From Geosiphon pyriformis uo1 (taxonomy: Eukaryota > Fungi > Glomeromycota), in contig JAAOMT010000741.1 in NCBI GenBank assembly GCA_016748015.1, forward strand, positions 518,462-582,461: a stretch of DNA of 64,000 nucleotides, in the 5' to 3' direction. Below are positions 51,873 through 64,000 of this stretch, piece by piece (the first letter of the stretch is position 1; each line of letters starts with the position of its first letter). Under the pieces are notes generated by a model, which saw nothing but the letters and a program-made list of their open reading frames with translations, did not search any database and was not told the origin of the DNA. Made by a program: the position numbers and the translations under genes.

Positions 51873-53697
51873 TTAATATGATTCACTGTGTGAAAAATGA
51901 TAAATGTTTCCCTAAAAGTTCCCATTCCAACCCGAAAAATTTAATAATCCAACAAATAGTTGCTAATAAAAAAACGATAAAGAGGATAAAGAGTTGTGCG
52001 TCAATGAAGTTAAGTTCTTGTTTGGGTGTGGATTTCGTGAGTGTTTTTGTAGCCGAGGAAAATGGATGACTTTTTAGGTAAGTTTGACACCACTGTTCAA
52101 TCTGGTAAAGATTAGAAAAAAGTCATATATGTAATTTTGTTTTGTTTTTTTGAATTCGAATTTTAGATGTTGAAGATGGTGTGACTTTACCTGACCACAT
52201 GCTATACTAATCCTTAAGAAATTTGGATCTTTTGCGTCATTCTTGGTAATGATAGTTTGTGTGTATTGCCGAAAAATACCTACCACCGCATAAATATTGG
52301 TGCTTTTTTGGATTAACTGCAGCCATATGGATAATTCAATTTGAGAGTCAGTTAAGAAAATATCATGAATTCGAATTTTATTTCTCACCTTAACAGCTTC
52401 TCCTTTGCGAATTTTTACAACTTTTTTATAAATGTTGTAATTCTTGAATACGAGGGCTAACGTGGCTATCGCCATAACTTGTGGGATAGCACAAAAATTG
52501 AAAATTTTCGGATCCCTAATCATATTCATATATGTCAAACAATCAGGGACATGTTTTAAGGCATCGAGACACATTGCCGATAAACATTCTATTGCTTGTT
52601 TTTCGTGACCAGGTTCTTTAAGATCGGCTAAATTGTCGACATATTGTGACCATATTTCTTTAGGCCAAAATCGACGATTCTGAAGAATATCCTCCAGGTA
52701 ATCACGAATAATATTAACTTTTTGAAGGAATAAACCCATCGATTTCGATCTAATAATAAATGAATTTTAGGTTTATCTAATAAAGGCTCGACGAAAAAAT
52801 AGCGATAATACTTACAAATCGGGAACTTCGGAAAGCTCATCATTTTCTAGTCCGCTTCCAATAAATAAATCGCTCAGACCGAGACCAACCAAACCGGCGA
52901 CATAATGACAATAGAGATCATAATCTTTGACTGTCTTGACACCATAGTTACGGTAAGAGGCATTATTAGCAAAGTCAGCCATACCATGACCCATTAATTT
53001 ACATTTTTCCGCGATTACATTTTGAAAGCTAATGAGAGTCAAGAAAATCTTGGTGAAACACTATTTTTAATCAAAAATAAAATTTATCCATGACTCGTAC
53101 CATTTTTTAAGACTCAAAAATTCTTCGATAACCAAATCAAATTCCATTAATAATTGACGATCCTTCTCTTTGGGACCACCTAGGAATCATCAATAAGTGA
53201 GATTGACAACAATTGAAAAAACTTTGACCCATTCAACCAAAGACCACTTACTTTCTTTGAAATTCCAACCTCTCTTGTAAATATTGTTGTGAAAATTTCT
53301 CAAAAGAACTTCCTTCTTATCAATGGGGATTGACATATCATCTTCGATTGTGTCAAGTCCACGTAAAATCAAATAAAAGAGACAAACCTGTAAAATAAAA
53401 TTTAACAAATAGATGCTTTTTGATAGAAATTGAAAATAGATAATTCGACTTAAACGCGTAATATTTATAACATCAAAGGCTCACCGCGTCTCTTAACTCA
53501 TCATTTAGCTCTTGTATAACTGCTGCAAAAGACCGCGAAGTCATATTCAAGAACTCATAACAACGTATTTTACTTTTAGTCGCGGTGCGAAGGGTCTTTG
53601 CTAAGGCTGATGAGGAAGAGGCAGGTAAAAACTTGTAGTGAAACAAGGCAACTATTTCTGACGGATAGAAAGCAGACTCGATAAACGCTGAAGCCAT
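51873..53697 (-). CDS. ERG9: Squalene synthase, multi-exon
   Basis: [63 protein letters not shown]; C-terminal TM anchor. Confidence 0.97.
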
Positions 53698-54100
53698 ATT
53701 TTATTAAATTTTATTTCGTTTACTTGGTTTTTATGAACCTTTTTCACAAGTTTATTTTCTCTGGGTTGGAAATAGGGCAGCGATAGAAAAATGTCATATA
53801 GATCAAGAGATTTGAGGTATTAAAAAAAATTGAAACTTTTCTAAAAGATGTTTTCTATTGTAATATCTCGTTGGGAGCTATTTTATTGCCTCCCACTACT
53901 ACCTCTTAACCCAATTTTCGTTACAATTATTTTACAAAAAAAAAATTTCCATCGATTTTTTGAATTTTGAGGTCTTTAGATTTATAAATATTTACATCTG
54001 GTGTGACAATTTTTCTTTTTTCCTATGGATTTGGTGTTCCACAGGTTATTGCATGAAAAAGTTTGGAAAAAGATACCTGAGTTTCGTTACTTTGTTTTCT

Positions 54101-55488
54101 ATGACTTCTTCGCTAAGTGAAGTAAAGACCAGTGCAGTGAAAACTACCAATAGCTCAGTCACAAATGGTACAAAGTTACCACCGACGCCGAGTAAAGCTT
54201 CACCTAATGTCGTCACCCACGCAAAAGAACATATAGGTGCAGTTCATGGATTTTTTATTGGTGGTGCCGCTGCATGTGCCTCGGTTACTTTCACGAACCC
54301 TTGGGAGGTACTTATGAAAAGTTTTTTTTTAATGAACTGCTCCTTTCTAACTTTCATGGTTTTTTTGCACAAAAAGCTAGTAAAAACACGGTTACAACTT
54401 CAAGGAGAGTTGACCAGGGCAAATACCAATGCTCCGAAGCCTTATAGAAACATTTTTCAAGCCTTCTTTGTCATTTTTCGGTATGAAGGTTTGCGTGGAA
54501 TACAACAAGGTCTAGGTATGTTTGATATAGTCTGCCGGATCATGATAATTTGATCAAAATGAATCATTTTAAACGATTTAAATATAGTAATAGAAATTTA
54601 TTTATTTATTTATTTATTTATTTCTCATTTAAGGTCCAGCGTATGTATATCAACTTGTAATGAATGGGGCACGTCTCGGTCTATATGATCCAATGCGTAA
54701 TTACCTAGTTCAAACCTTCAATACATCAAATACATCAATGCCTATAAGTATTGCATCAGGTGGAGCAGCGGGTATTGTAGGTGCCGCTCTAGGATCACCT
54801 TTATATCTCGTAAAAACTCGGATGCAATCACATTCTCCTCAATTCGCTATTGGTCATCAACACAATTATAAAAACACGTGGCATGCTTTGTCAGAAATTT
54901 ATAAAGATGGTGGATTCCGATGTTTGTTTCGTGGTGTTGACGCGTCAATGCTTAGAACTGGGGTTGGATCGAGTGTACAATTACCTAGTTATTTCTTGGT
55001 GAAACGATGGTTAATTAAGAAGACAGGCAGGAGTGACGATATTTTAGTACAGGGACTTTCCAGTTTGGCCAGTGGATTATGTGTGTGTATAGCAATGAAT
55101 CCGTTTGATGTGATTAGTACACGAATGTATAATCAAAAAGCAGATTCATCTGGAAAGGGGATGTAAGTGAATTTTAATTTTGGTTTAATTATAGGTAAAA
55201 GTTAATTACATTTTTTATTTTGGGGTTTTAGTTTATACAAAAGTACTTTGGATTGTTTGGTAAAAACTTATCAAACTGAAGGCTTAAGTGGATTTTACAA
55301 AGGGTTTGGTGCCCATTATTTTAGAGTTGGGTAAGTTTAGGGAATTGCTTATGTTAATTTGATTTAATAAGCGTTAAAAGGTCTTACAAGTTGCTCATAA
55401 TTTTTATAGGCCTCATACAATATTAACGCTAGTATTTTTAGAACAATTTCGAGGATTATATATAAAATATTGGAACAGTATAATATAG
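54101..55488 (+). CDS. OAC1: Mitochondrial oxaloacetate carrier (SLC25A34/35-like)
   Basis: Three carrier repeats: NPWE-VKTRLQLQGEL, MNGARLGLYDP, SPLYLVKTRMQS, MNPFDVISTRMYNQ, GPHTILTL. Confidence 0.92.
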
Positions 55489-56504
55489 TGTCAAGAGGAA
55501 TAAGCAAAAAAAAAACAAAGCTTGATTTATGTTGTAGATATTCCTAGAATTTTTTGTGATTTTAAAGAATTATAGGGCTTGATATTTTATAGAAAATAGA
55601 GGTAAGCTATTTAATATACTTTATTCAAATCAGACTTCATCTCTTAACGTGATTTCAGCTTTGAAATGTATATTGAAAAATTATTAAGAGGAGGATTAGA
55701 ACAATTTGCTTTTAGGTATAATAACGTGATTTCAGAATCCTGAGGTAAATCCAATAGATATCGATCCAGCAAAAGATTGGTTAATCAGAAATATACGTTG
55801 AAGACGTTCCCTTCAAGCTCTTAAAAAATTTTCGTTATTTTTGGCGCTACCAGGTACTTAAGATTGCATTCTACAACTTGATGAAAGTATCAAGTCAAAA
55901 AATTATGAATTCATGAACTGAAACTAATAATGAATCTTTTAATTTTGGAATTAATTTATTACAAGATAAATTTCCCTCATCCTTTTCGATTAATTTAATA
56001 AAGAATTTGCGAAAAATCAAGGTATTTTATGAAAAACCCAATTAAATTTTAAATGGATACCTCTTTTTTTGAATCATAAAATTTATGATAATTTGGGGAG
56101 ACAAAAAATTGGATTTCTGCTCACTTTTTCGAAATAAATGCAATCAATGTGTTTGTCAATTGTAGAATTGCTGTTGATCCTTTAATAAAAGATTGAGGTT
56201 CTTCAAATGTTTTGGGGTAGTAATATTTTTTAACAGTTTGATTTTTTTAATTGCAACGCTTGTCTTCTTGATATATTATTTAATTTACCAATTATGTACC
56301 GAATGAATAACTTGAATGCTTTTTTATTTGAAAATTTGCTTATTTTAATTAAGTTAACGAAACGAATTTAAATTTGTTTAAACAAAATATTATAGTAGGT
56401 CGAGATATTTGTATACATTTAATTTTTAAATGATATTGTCAAATAATTATTTTAAGAACTGTTTTTTTAAATTATATATATAATTATTAATAAATCATAA
56501 TATA

Positions 56505-56554
56505 ATAAAATATTATTTATTATTATAATTAAATTATTTATTATTATAATTAAA

Positions 56555-56646
<92 letters not shown>

Positions 56647-56657
56647 CATTATTATTA
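56505..56657. repeat. (TAT)n microsatellite with an adjacent 21-bp AT repeat
   Basis: Seen directly. Confidence 0.95.
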
Positions 56658-57009
56658 GTTGTTTAATTATATATTTTTTTATAAATATTAAAAATTAAAA
56701 AAGATCACGTAAAATGATTAAAATAATGGTTAACAAAATATATTTGTGTAAATTAAAATACGTAAAAATAAACAATATAAATAATTATAATGAGATCAGC
56801 GTGTTAATTAATAGCCCAAATTGGTTATTATAATACAAAATCTTCCATTGTAATAGGTAAATCCTTGTTATTTCCCCTTTTTCGGCGTGTTGAATTTATA
56901 TTGTCCAAAAAGGTAATTCAATAGAATTCCTGTTCGAACATTATTAAAAACCGACTTTGTCTGTGAAATAAATAACCCTTAACCCGAAAATACGATATTA
57001 ACTACGACT

Positions 57010-60000
57010 ATGAGTAACCATAGCAATCAAAATTTTCCTGAAGAAAATGCCCCTCTTCTAAACTCGAACCAAACGCCAAACGACCCTAGCGAAGTAGAGA
57101 CTGAGTCAGGACACTTGAGTCCAGATGGTGGACGTACTGGAAGTGGAACTTCGATACCTCGTGGACACCCTCGTCGCCGAACCGAATCAAATTATCCGTC
57201 TCCACGAAAGTTTTCACAGTTAGAATTATTATTGGCGTCTATTTGTGTGCTTTTATTAATAACGACAAGTATATTTGCCGGATTATACGCTCGTGGAAAG
57301 TCGAATAAGCACCAAGGTGATAAACTTCCCCCTGAGCCTTTACCTTCACCACCTCCAATGAAAAATGAAACGGAACCGGTACGCAAATAAAAGTTGTTTT
57401 TCATCTAATTCAATCAATATTCCTTCATTATCAATTTGCATAAAACTAGGGACCTTGTCAAACTCCTGACTGCGTTCTTACAGCTGCTGCTATAATTCAG
57501 GATATAGATCTCAAGCATGATCCATGTCAAGACTTTTATCAATATAGCTGTACGTAACAGAATATTTTGAGATCACGAGCTCAATTTGTCTTCAGATTTT
57601 TTTAACTCGATTTAAAATATCAGGCGGAAAATGGCTTGACAAGAATATTATTCCTGATGAAAAGAGTCGATATAGTTATTTTGATAATCTCTATGAAAAC
57701 AATCAAGTGAGTGGTTTATCCTTAAATAAGAGTAATAAATTTTTTAATACATATTATTTTTCTTCTTTTTTAGAAAGTACTTAAAGGAATACTCGAAAGT
57801 AATTCCATTCCAACCGATCACATCAAACCGCCAACTCTTCCATCCCCATCGGAAACTCAAGACAAGCTAAATTTTTTTAAACTTCAATCCCTGTATAAAT
57901 CATGCATGAATGATACTCTAATTAAAGAATTAGGTGTTGCCCCATTGACCCCTATTCTTGAGCGTATTCGTCAAAAATTCCCGCGTCGTAAAGAAGGTTC
58001 ACTGAGTTATTTCTTGAAACGTCAAACATCGAGTAAAAAACATGATGAAAAAATTGCCAATCCAAAAATGCTCTCCACCTCTATTGACAAAACTAATTTA
58101 ACGGAAACACTTGGTTACTTAAATCGAATTGGCGTTGAACCTTTATTCGAATTCTCAATCGAAGCAGATGCCAAAGCACCGGAAACTAACGCGTTATACT
58201 TATCGCAATCAGGCCTTGGACTACCTTCCAAAGAATATTATGAGGAAGAGAATATTCTAAAAGTTTATAAAAGTGTAGTCGCTGAATTATTGGAGAAAGC
58301 TCTTGGTAAAGAAGAGGCGGATCCCAAGAATGCTGGGTCAATACGTGGCGCTGGTATCGAAAAATATTTTAAAGAGGAATGGGGACAAGTGGCCGATAGA
58401 ATTGTTGAGTTTGAAAGGAAATTGGCAAATATTTCACTTTCACCGTATGTACTATTTGTCTTGAGGTCAGCTATCATTTTTGAAATTTATTCAATTAAAT
58501 CATTAACCTTGATTTCATTTGAAGAGAAGAATTTTCAGATCCAGAAGCAACATACAACCCTCACTCGATTCCATCTCTCGACGTATTAAGTCCAATTATT
58601 CTGTGGCCTCAGCTTATCGAAGCTCTATTGCCACGCGCTGCTGATTTTCCGACAAAAGTGATCTTGACGTCAAATAGTTATTTTGAAAGATTATCAGAAC
58701 TTGTTGAACAAACACCTGCATCTACCCTTGAGGATTATTTCCTTTGGCAAACCATTTCAGTATATGCCGAACACTTAAATGAGGAATTTAGGGCACCTTT
58801 AAGACGACTGGCAGCGAAAATTCAAGGCGTTGATGAAACTGTGCTTCCGAAACGTTGGGAAGTTTGTTTGAAGATCATAGACGAGAGAATGGGTTATATG
58901 GCTGGAAGATTTTACGTGTTAAAGACTTTTGGAGGTCAGCAAGGATAATTAAATTGATTCTGCGAATCGAGAGTTTCTTTTTGTTGACAACTTATTTTTG
59001 ATAGGAGATAGTAAGAAAATTTCCGAAAAAGTTATATCTTCCGTAAAGCAAGCTTTCATTAAGAGACTACCATATCTCGAGTGGCTTGATGAAGAAACTC
59101 GAGAAAAGGCAATCAAAAAGGCAAGAAATAAATTTTCCCTTTCTTCAATATTGTCTGCGTACAGGAATATATCAAAATTAAGTTATTAAAATTTGTAGGT
59201 GAACACAATCATTCAAAAAGTAGGCTACCCGGCCAAAACCCCAAACACTATGGACCCTATCAGCCTTGCAGAATACTATGAAAAGTTGGAAATAGACGAA
59301 ACAAAATATTTTAAAAATATTGTCAACGGCTATACATGGACCACCGAAAAGAATTGGCGAAAAACTGGCAAACCAGTCAATCGTGACGAATGGCAAATGA
59401 CTCCACACACTGTTAACGCGTATTATGTGAGTGGAAACAACTTAAGTGGCTTTATCGGATTGGCCATACTAATTATTTAAATCTGGTTTTTTATGCTAAT
59501 TAGAATCCAACTGTCAACGAAATTGTTTTTCCGGCTGGTATATTAAAATATTTGTCTTCCAATCTCATTTTTATAAAATCAATAATGCTTTCATGCTTAT
59601 TTTTAGGAATCTTGCAGCCACCATTTTTCAGTGCCAGACATCCAGAATATGTTAACTATGGTGCAATCGGCATGGTGATTGGGCATGAACTCACGGTTTA
59701 TAGGAACATCTACTTATCTTTGTTTGCGTTTTTTTATCAATATTGTCATAAATAGATGTTGGCTATTCCCTTTCGATCATTTTATGTAGCACGCCTTTGA
59801 TAATAATGGTCGCCAATATGATGAAACTGGTCGCTTAACTCAAGTAATTCTCTCGAGTTTTCTTTCAACCTAATTTTGATTCAATTAATTTTGATAATCC
59901 CATTTTTTTATTCAAGTGGTGGTCCAATTCAACGATAAAAGCGTTCAAGAATAAGACGGAATGTTTTGTTAACCAGTATGCTAATTACACGATCGACGGT

Positions 60001-60535
60001 CCTGAAGGTGAGGAGGTTCATTTAAACGGGAAATTGACGCTTGGTGAGAACTTGGCCGATAATGGAGGGTAAATCATAACTCAATATATTAAATAGTGTG
60101 TATATTTGGTATAGATTATTCCATTTTTAATAACTTATGATTTTATCCTCGAAGGATAAAAGCTGCTTATGACGCGTGGTTAGCTAACTATCAAGCAGAT
60201 CCTGAACAAAAAGTCCACAAAAATTATGACCTCCCTGGACTTGATGATCTAACAAAAGAACAAATCTTTTATATATCGTTTGCGCGCGTATGGTGCCAAA
60301 AGATTCGACCGGAGAGTGCAAAAGAGAAGGTAATCATCCTCTGATATTGTTGCTTTGGCCTTATTTGACTCCTTTTTTCTGAGATCATTTTCATTTTGAG
60401 ATTCGAACCGATCCTCATTCTCCAGCGAGATGGCGTGTTATCGGTGCACTACAAAATTCCAAACATTTTGCTGAGACGTTCAAATGTAAACCGGGGACCC
60501 CGATGAATCCTTTAGACAAATGTCAATTGTGGTAA
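57010..60535 (+). CDS. M13 zinc metallopeptidase (neprilysin/ECE-like), type II membrane protein, multi-exon
   Basis: N-terminal [44 protein letters not shown]-terminal CQLW. Confidence 0.95.
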
Positions 60536-61156
60536 TTGAAAAAGATGCTTCCACAAAAGTAGAAAGGATATACTTTATTATTTCGAGAAATTATGTAAAC
60601 CTTTTTGTTTGTTTTTGGGCATTGTGCCTATTGTACTTTTTTATTCTTGTAAGAGATAGATAGATAGATAGACAGACCGATGACCATGTAAGAACCTTTA
60701 CCATTTTGCAATTTTATTTGTCGAGAATTATCATCGCTAAAAAATTGTCCAGTTGATTCTTCGGCCTGGGTAGTTACTACTATTTTTAGAATTAGTATTA
60801 AAGTGAATTTAATAAAGAATTTTTCTCTAACAATAAAAAAATAAATTTCACCAGGTTATTTTGCTCAAAAGACATGAAAAATAGTATTAAAAAGTTAGAT
60901 GTTTGGTCTTTATAATAGTGAGAAAAATTAACATACAAAGCCGTTTAAACTTAAAATAAGTATTACAAATTTAGTCGAGCAGTTGAGAATTACCATTTAA
61001 TTATAATATTCTTATTGTAAATAAAACATGGTTTAATTAAATTAGTTTATTATATTTATAAATTATTATGTCACAAAAAATTTAATTGCAGTTTTCGTTA
61101 TTAAGATAAGTATAAAAATATTATAATATTTTTATAATTTAAATATAATTTACTTG

Positions 61157-61204
<48 letters not shown>
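61157..61204. repeat. (TAT)n microsatellite
   Basis: Seen directly. Confidence 0.9.
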
Positions 61205-61528
61205 TTAAGTAATCAATTATTTTATTTTATTTTATTTCATTTTATTTATTTATTTGTTATATTATATTATATTATAAAAATATATTAATAAAATCCAATA
61301 ATTTTCAATTTTATGATTAATAAAATTTTAAAGGTGATTAAGTTTGAAGTTTTTGATAGTAAAATACATGTAATTTTCTTTTTAATTATATATTTTTAGT
61401 ATTATTTTTTTAGTATTTAAAAATAAATTTACAAGAAAAAAAATATTCAGACATTTTAAAAAATACCTTCAATTTAACTATTTATTAAATAAAAATAAAA
61501 ATTCAAAAATAATTGTTTTATATTATAT

Positions 61529-61529
<1 letters not shown>

Positions 61530-61567
<38 letters not shown>
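61530..61567. repeat. (TAA)n microsatellite
   Basis: Seen directly. Confidence 0.9.
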
Positions 61568-61901
61568 TATTTGTATTTTAATTTAAATAATTAATATAAA
61601 AAAAAAAATTATTGCATACATAAAACTTATTTTAAAGATTTTGTTATACGAAAAGATAATCTTGGAAAATCATGAATTCCAAGATCAAAATTGCCACTGG
61701 TAATCGTCTTTGTTCACACAAAATAACTTTTTTTCCTAAACATTTAATATGTTTCGGATTAAATTTCTTCCCTCAGTTCAGCGGCATAAAAAAACTTTAT
61801 TGGGTGTTGCTCGATTTCTCTGCATTTTTTGAAACCAAGTTTTTCATAACACATTTAACGCTTGCTAAAGCATATTGTATCGTGCCAGTGTAGGTAGAAA
61901 A

Positions 61902-64000
61902 ATGTCTCAACTTATTGACGGAAAAGCAATTTCAAAGTATGCTTCTAAAATTGTTTTTATTCTATAACCAAGTGCCGCAATTCACTGCTTTTCTCCCAAA
62001 CCTCATAACTTGTAAAACAGGTCAATTCGAGACAAGCTCAAGCTCGAAGTTCAGGAATTAAAAGCGAAGCATTCCAGCTTTCGACCTCACCTCGCTATTA
62101 TCCAAGTTGGTACTCGGGAGGACTCCACAGTTTATGTGCGTCAAAAGGAAAAAGCTGCCAAAGAGGTTAGTGAAGAGAGATAAAAAATACGATAATATCT
62201 GAGATTTTAAATAACTATTTTTTGCCACTTTTTAACCCAGACCGGTGTCGATATTACCATTCAAAAAAAAGACTCTTCTATCACACAACACGAGGTATCC
62301 CCAGCTAACTCGAATTTTATAGTGTTCTAATAAAAAATTAATCTTTCTCTCATCGTAGCTCTTGACAGCTGTTCGTGAGCTCAACGATAATCCCCTGATA
62401 CATGGCTTACTTGTTCAACTTCCATTGCCCGATCATATTGATGAGAAACTTATAAACGAATCGATTAGCCCGAAAAAAGATGTTGATGGGTAATTATTTG
62501 AGGAATTACGCCGCCTACGATCTTATCCCAGGGATATTTGTGACCTTCCGATTTGACCCTCACTTCTTTTCTTAGGTTTCATGCTCAAAATATTGGTAAT
62601 CTTTCAAAACGTAACAGCAATCCATTATTTATCCCATGTACTCCTAAAGGCATTATGGAGTTGTTGAATCAAACTGGTAATTTCTGTGAGTCGGTATATT
62701 TTTACCATTCTTCAATAAATTGATTTGCTACGACAATTTCAGGGATTAACATCGTGGGAAAACACGCTGTAGTAGTTGGCCGCAGTGATATTGTGGTAAA
62801 GATAACGAGCCATCTTACCTTACTCATCCTATTATAAAATAGTTACGATTATTATTATTATTTTAATTCCCATTTCTGATTTCTTAATCCTTTCTACTCT
62901 AAATTCTCAGGGATTTCCAGTTTTTACACTTCTTTCTCGTGCCCATGCTACCGTGACCTTATGTCACTCGAGGACCGAGAATCTTCAAGAAATTGTATGT
63001 TTGTTTAAAGTTTTGAGAGCTTTTCGCTGATTATATCTAATATCATAACCAAATAGATCAAGCAAGCAGATATTCTTGTTGTCGCAATTGGTAAGCCCAA
63101 TTATGTTAAAGGGAGTTGGATCAAAACTGGTGCTGTTGTTATAGATGTGGGAACAAATCCCGTTCAAGGTAATATTATAAGTTCTTGATAAAAAATTCTC
63201 AATATATTGATTGCGAGATGATTTTTAGATCAGACTCTGAAATCTGGAATCCGCTGGGTTGGTGATGTGGAGTTTTCAAGTGCTTCTCAAGTTGCTTCCT
63301 ATATTACCCCTGTTCCCGGTGGGGTGGGTCCCATGACTGTAGCAATGCTCTTGTGTAATATTGTAGAGAGTGCGAAACGCTTCTTGAAGGAGAGTCGGGA
63401 GAAGAATATATCCATTTTACCCTTGAAACTTATTACTCCTGTTCCCAGCGATATCGATATTGCTTCGACCCAGAGTCCTAAGCCTATAAAAGTCCTGGCA
63501 GAGGAGTTGGGACTTTCTGGGAACGAGGTGTGGTTGAAATTACAGCACCCTTAATTTAGTGATGAAAATCATTAAAGATGTGACATGAAATTTTTAGTAC
63601 GAGTTGTATGGCAAATACAAAGCCAAAATTGGTCTGGAAATCCTGGAAAGGTTGAAAAATCGAAAGGATGGCAAATACGTGGTTATTACCGGGTATGTAT
63701 AGTCCCATGTAGGTCCCCCTTATTCAAATTTGCCATAACCATCTTACTCTAATTTTCTCTATCTCTCTCATTGTTTGTCCTCAAGAATCACTCCAACACC
63801 TCTTGGGGAAGGTAAATCAACTATTACAGTTGGTATTGCACAAGCCCTTGGTGCCCATCTTGGTAAAATGGCCTTTGCATGTGTCCGTCAGCCTTCTCAA
63901 GGTCCTACTTTCGGCATAAAAGGTGGCGCTGCTGGAGGAGGATATTCTCAAATAATACCAATGGATGAATTCAATTTACACTTGACCGGGGATATTCATG
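61902..64000 (+). CDS. ADE3: Trifunctional C1-tetrahydrofolate synthase (ADE3/MIS1, MTHFD1), 5' part
   Basis: [85 protein letters not shown]. Confidence 0.95.

Noticed and set aside
30368-55488. ACSF3, OAC1, ERG9 and NDUFA2 as a metabolic gene cluster
   Set aside because: Interspersed with unrelated housekeeping genes; no shared motif seen.
55640-55740. Duplicated TAACGTGATTTCAG downstream of OAC1
   Set aside because: Two 14-bp copies with no recognisable insert; cannot be supported as a TSD or a binding site.

Overview
Eukaryotic, intron-rich, AT-rich fungal genomic DNA. The gene set and repeat style suggest Mucoromycota/Glomeromycotina; this is an inference and no database search was run. 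The first 19 kb hold the 5' part of a Nab2/ZC3H14-like gene and a decayed repeat island. In the island, a near full-length non-LTR retrotransposon (APE-RT-RNase H, (TAA)n tail) is interrupted by a complete 7.6 kb Ty3/Gypsy element with 654-bp LTRs, a 4-bp TSD, a PBS, a PPT, a UUUAAAC -1 frameshift site and an extra ORF. The two LTRs differ at about 61 positions (manual count), all transitions and no indels, which is a RIP-like signature. The rest is a compact block of housekeeping genes: CorA Mg2+ transporter, NDUFA2 and prefoldin 6 (both absent from the ORF track), WDR70, ACSF3, a ZNFX1-like helicase with a Trp-motif N-terminal arm, a METTL21-type methyltransferase, WDR89, an intronless FEN1/XPG-family nuclease, Nup159/214, ERG9, OAC1, an M13 peptidase and the 5' part of C1-THF synthase. 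There is also a U6 snRNA copy lacking the catalytic AGC triad, a possible U11-like RNA, and one assembly gap. Multi-exon gene coordinates were spliced by eye.
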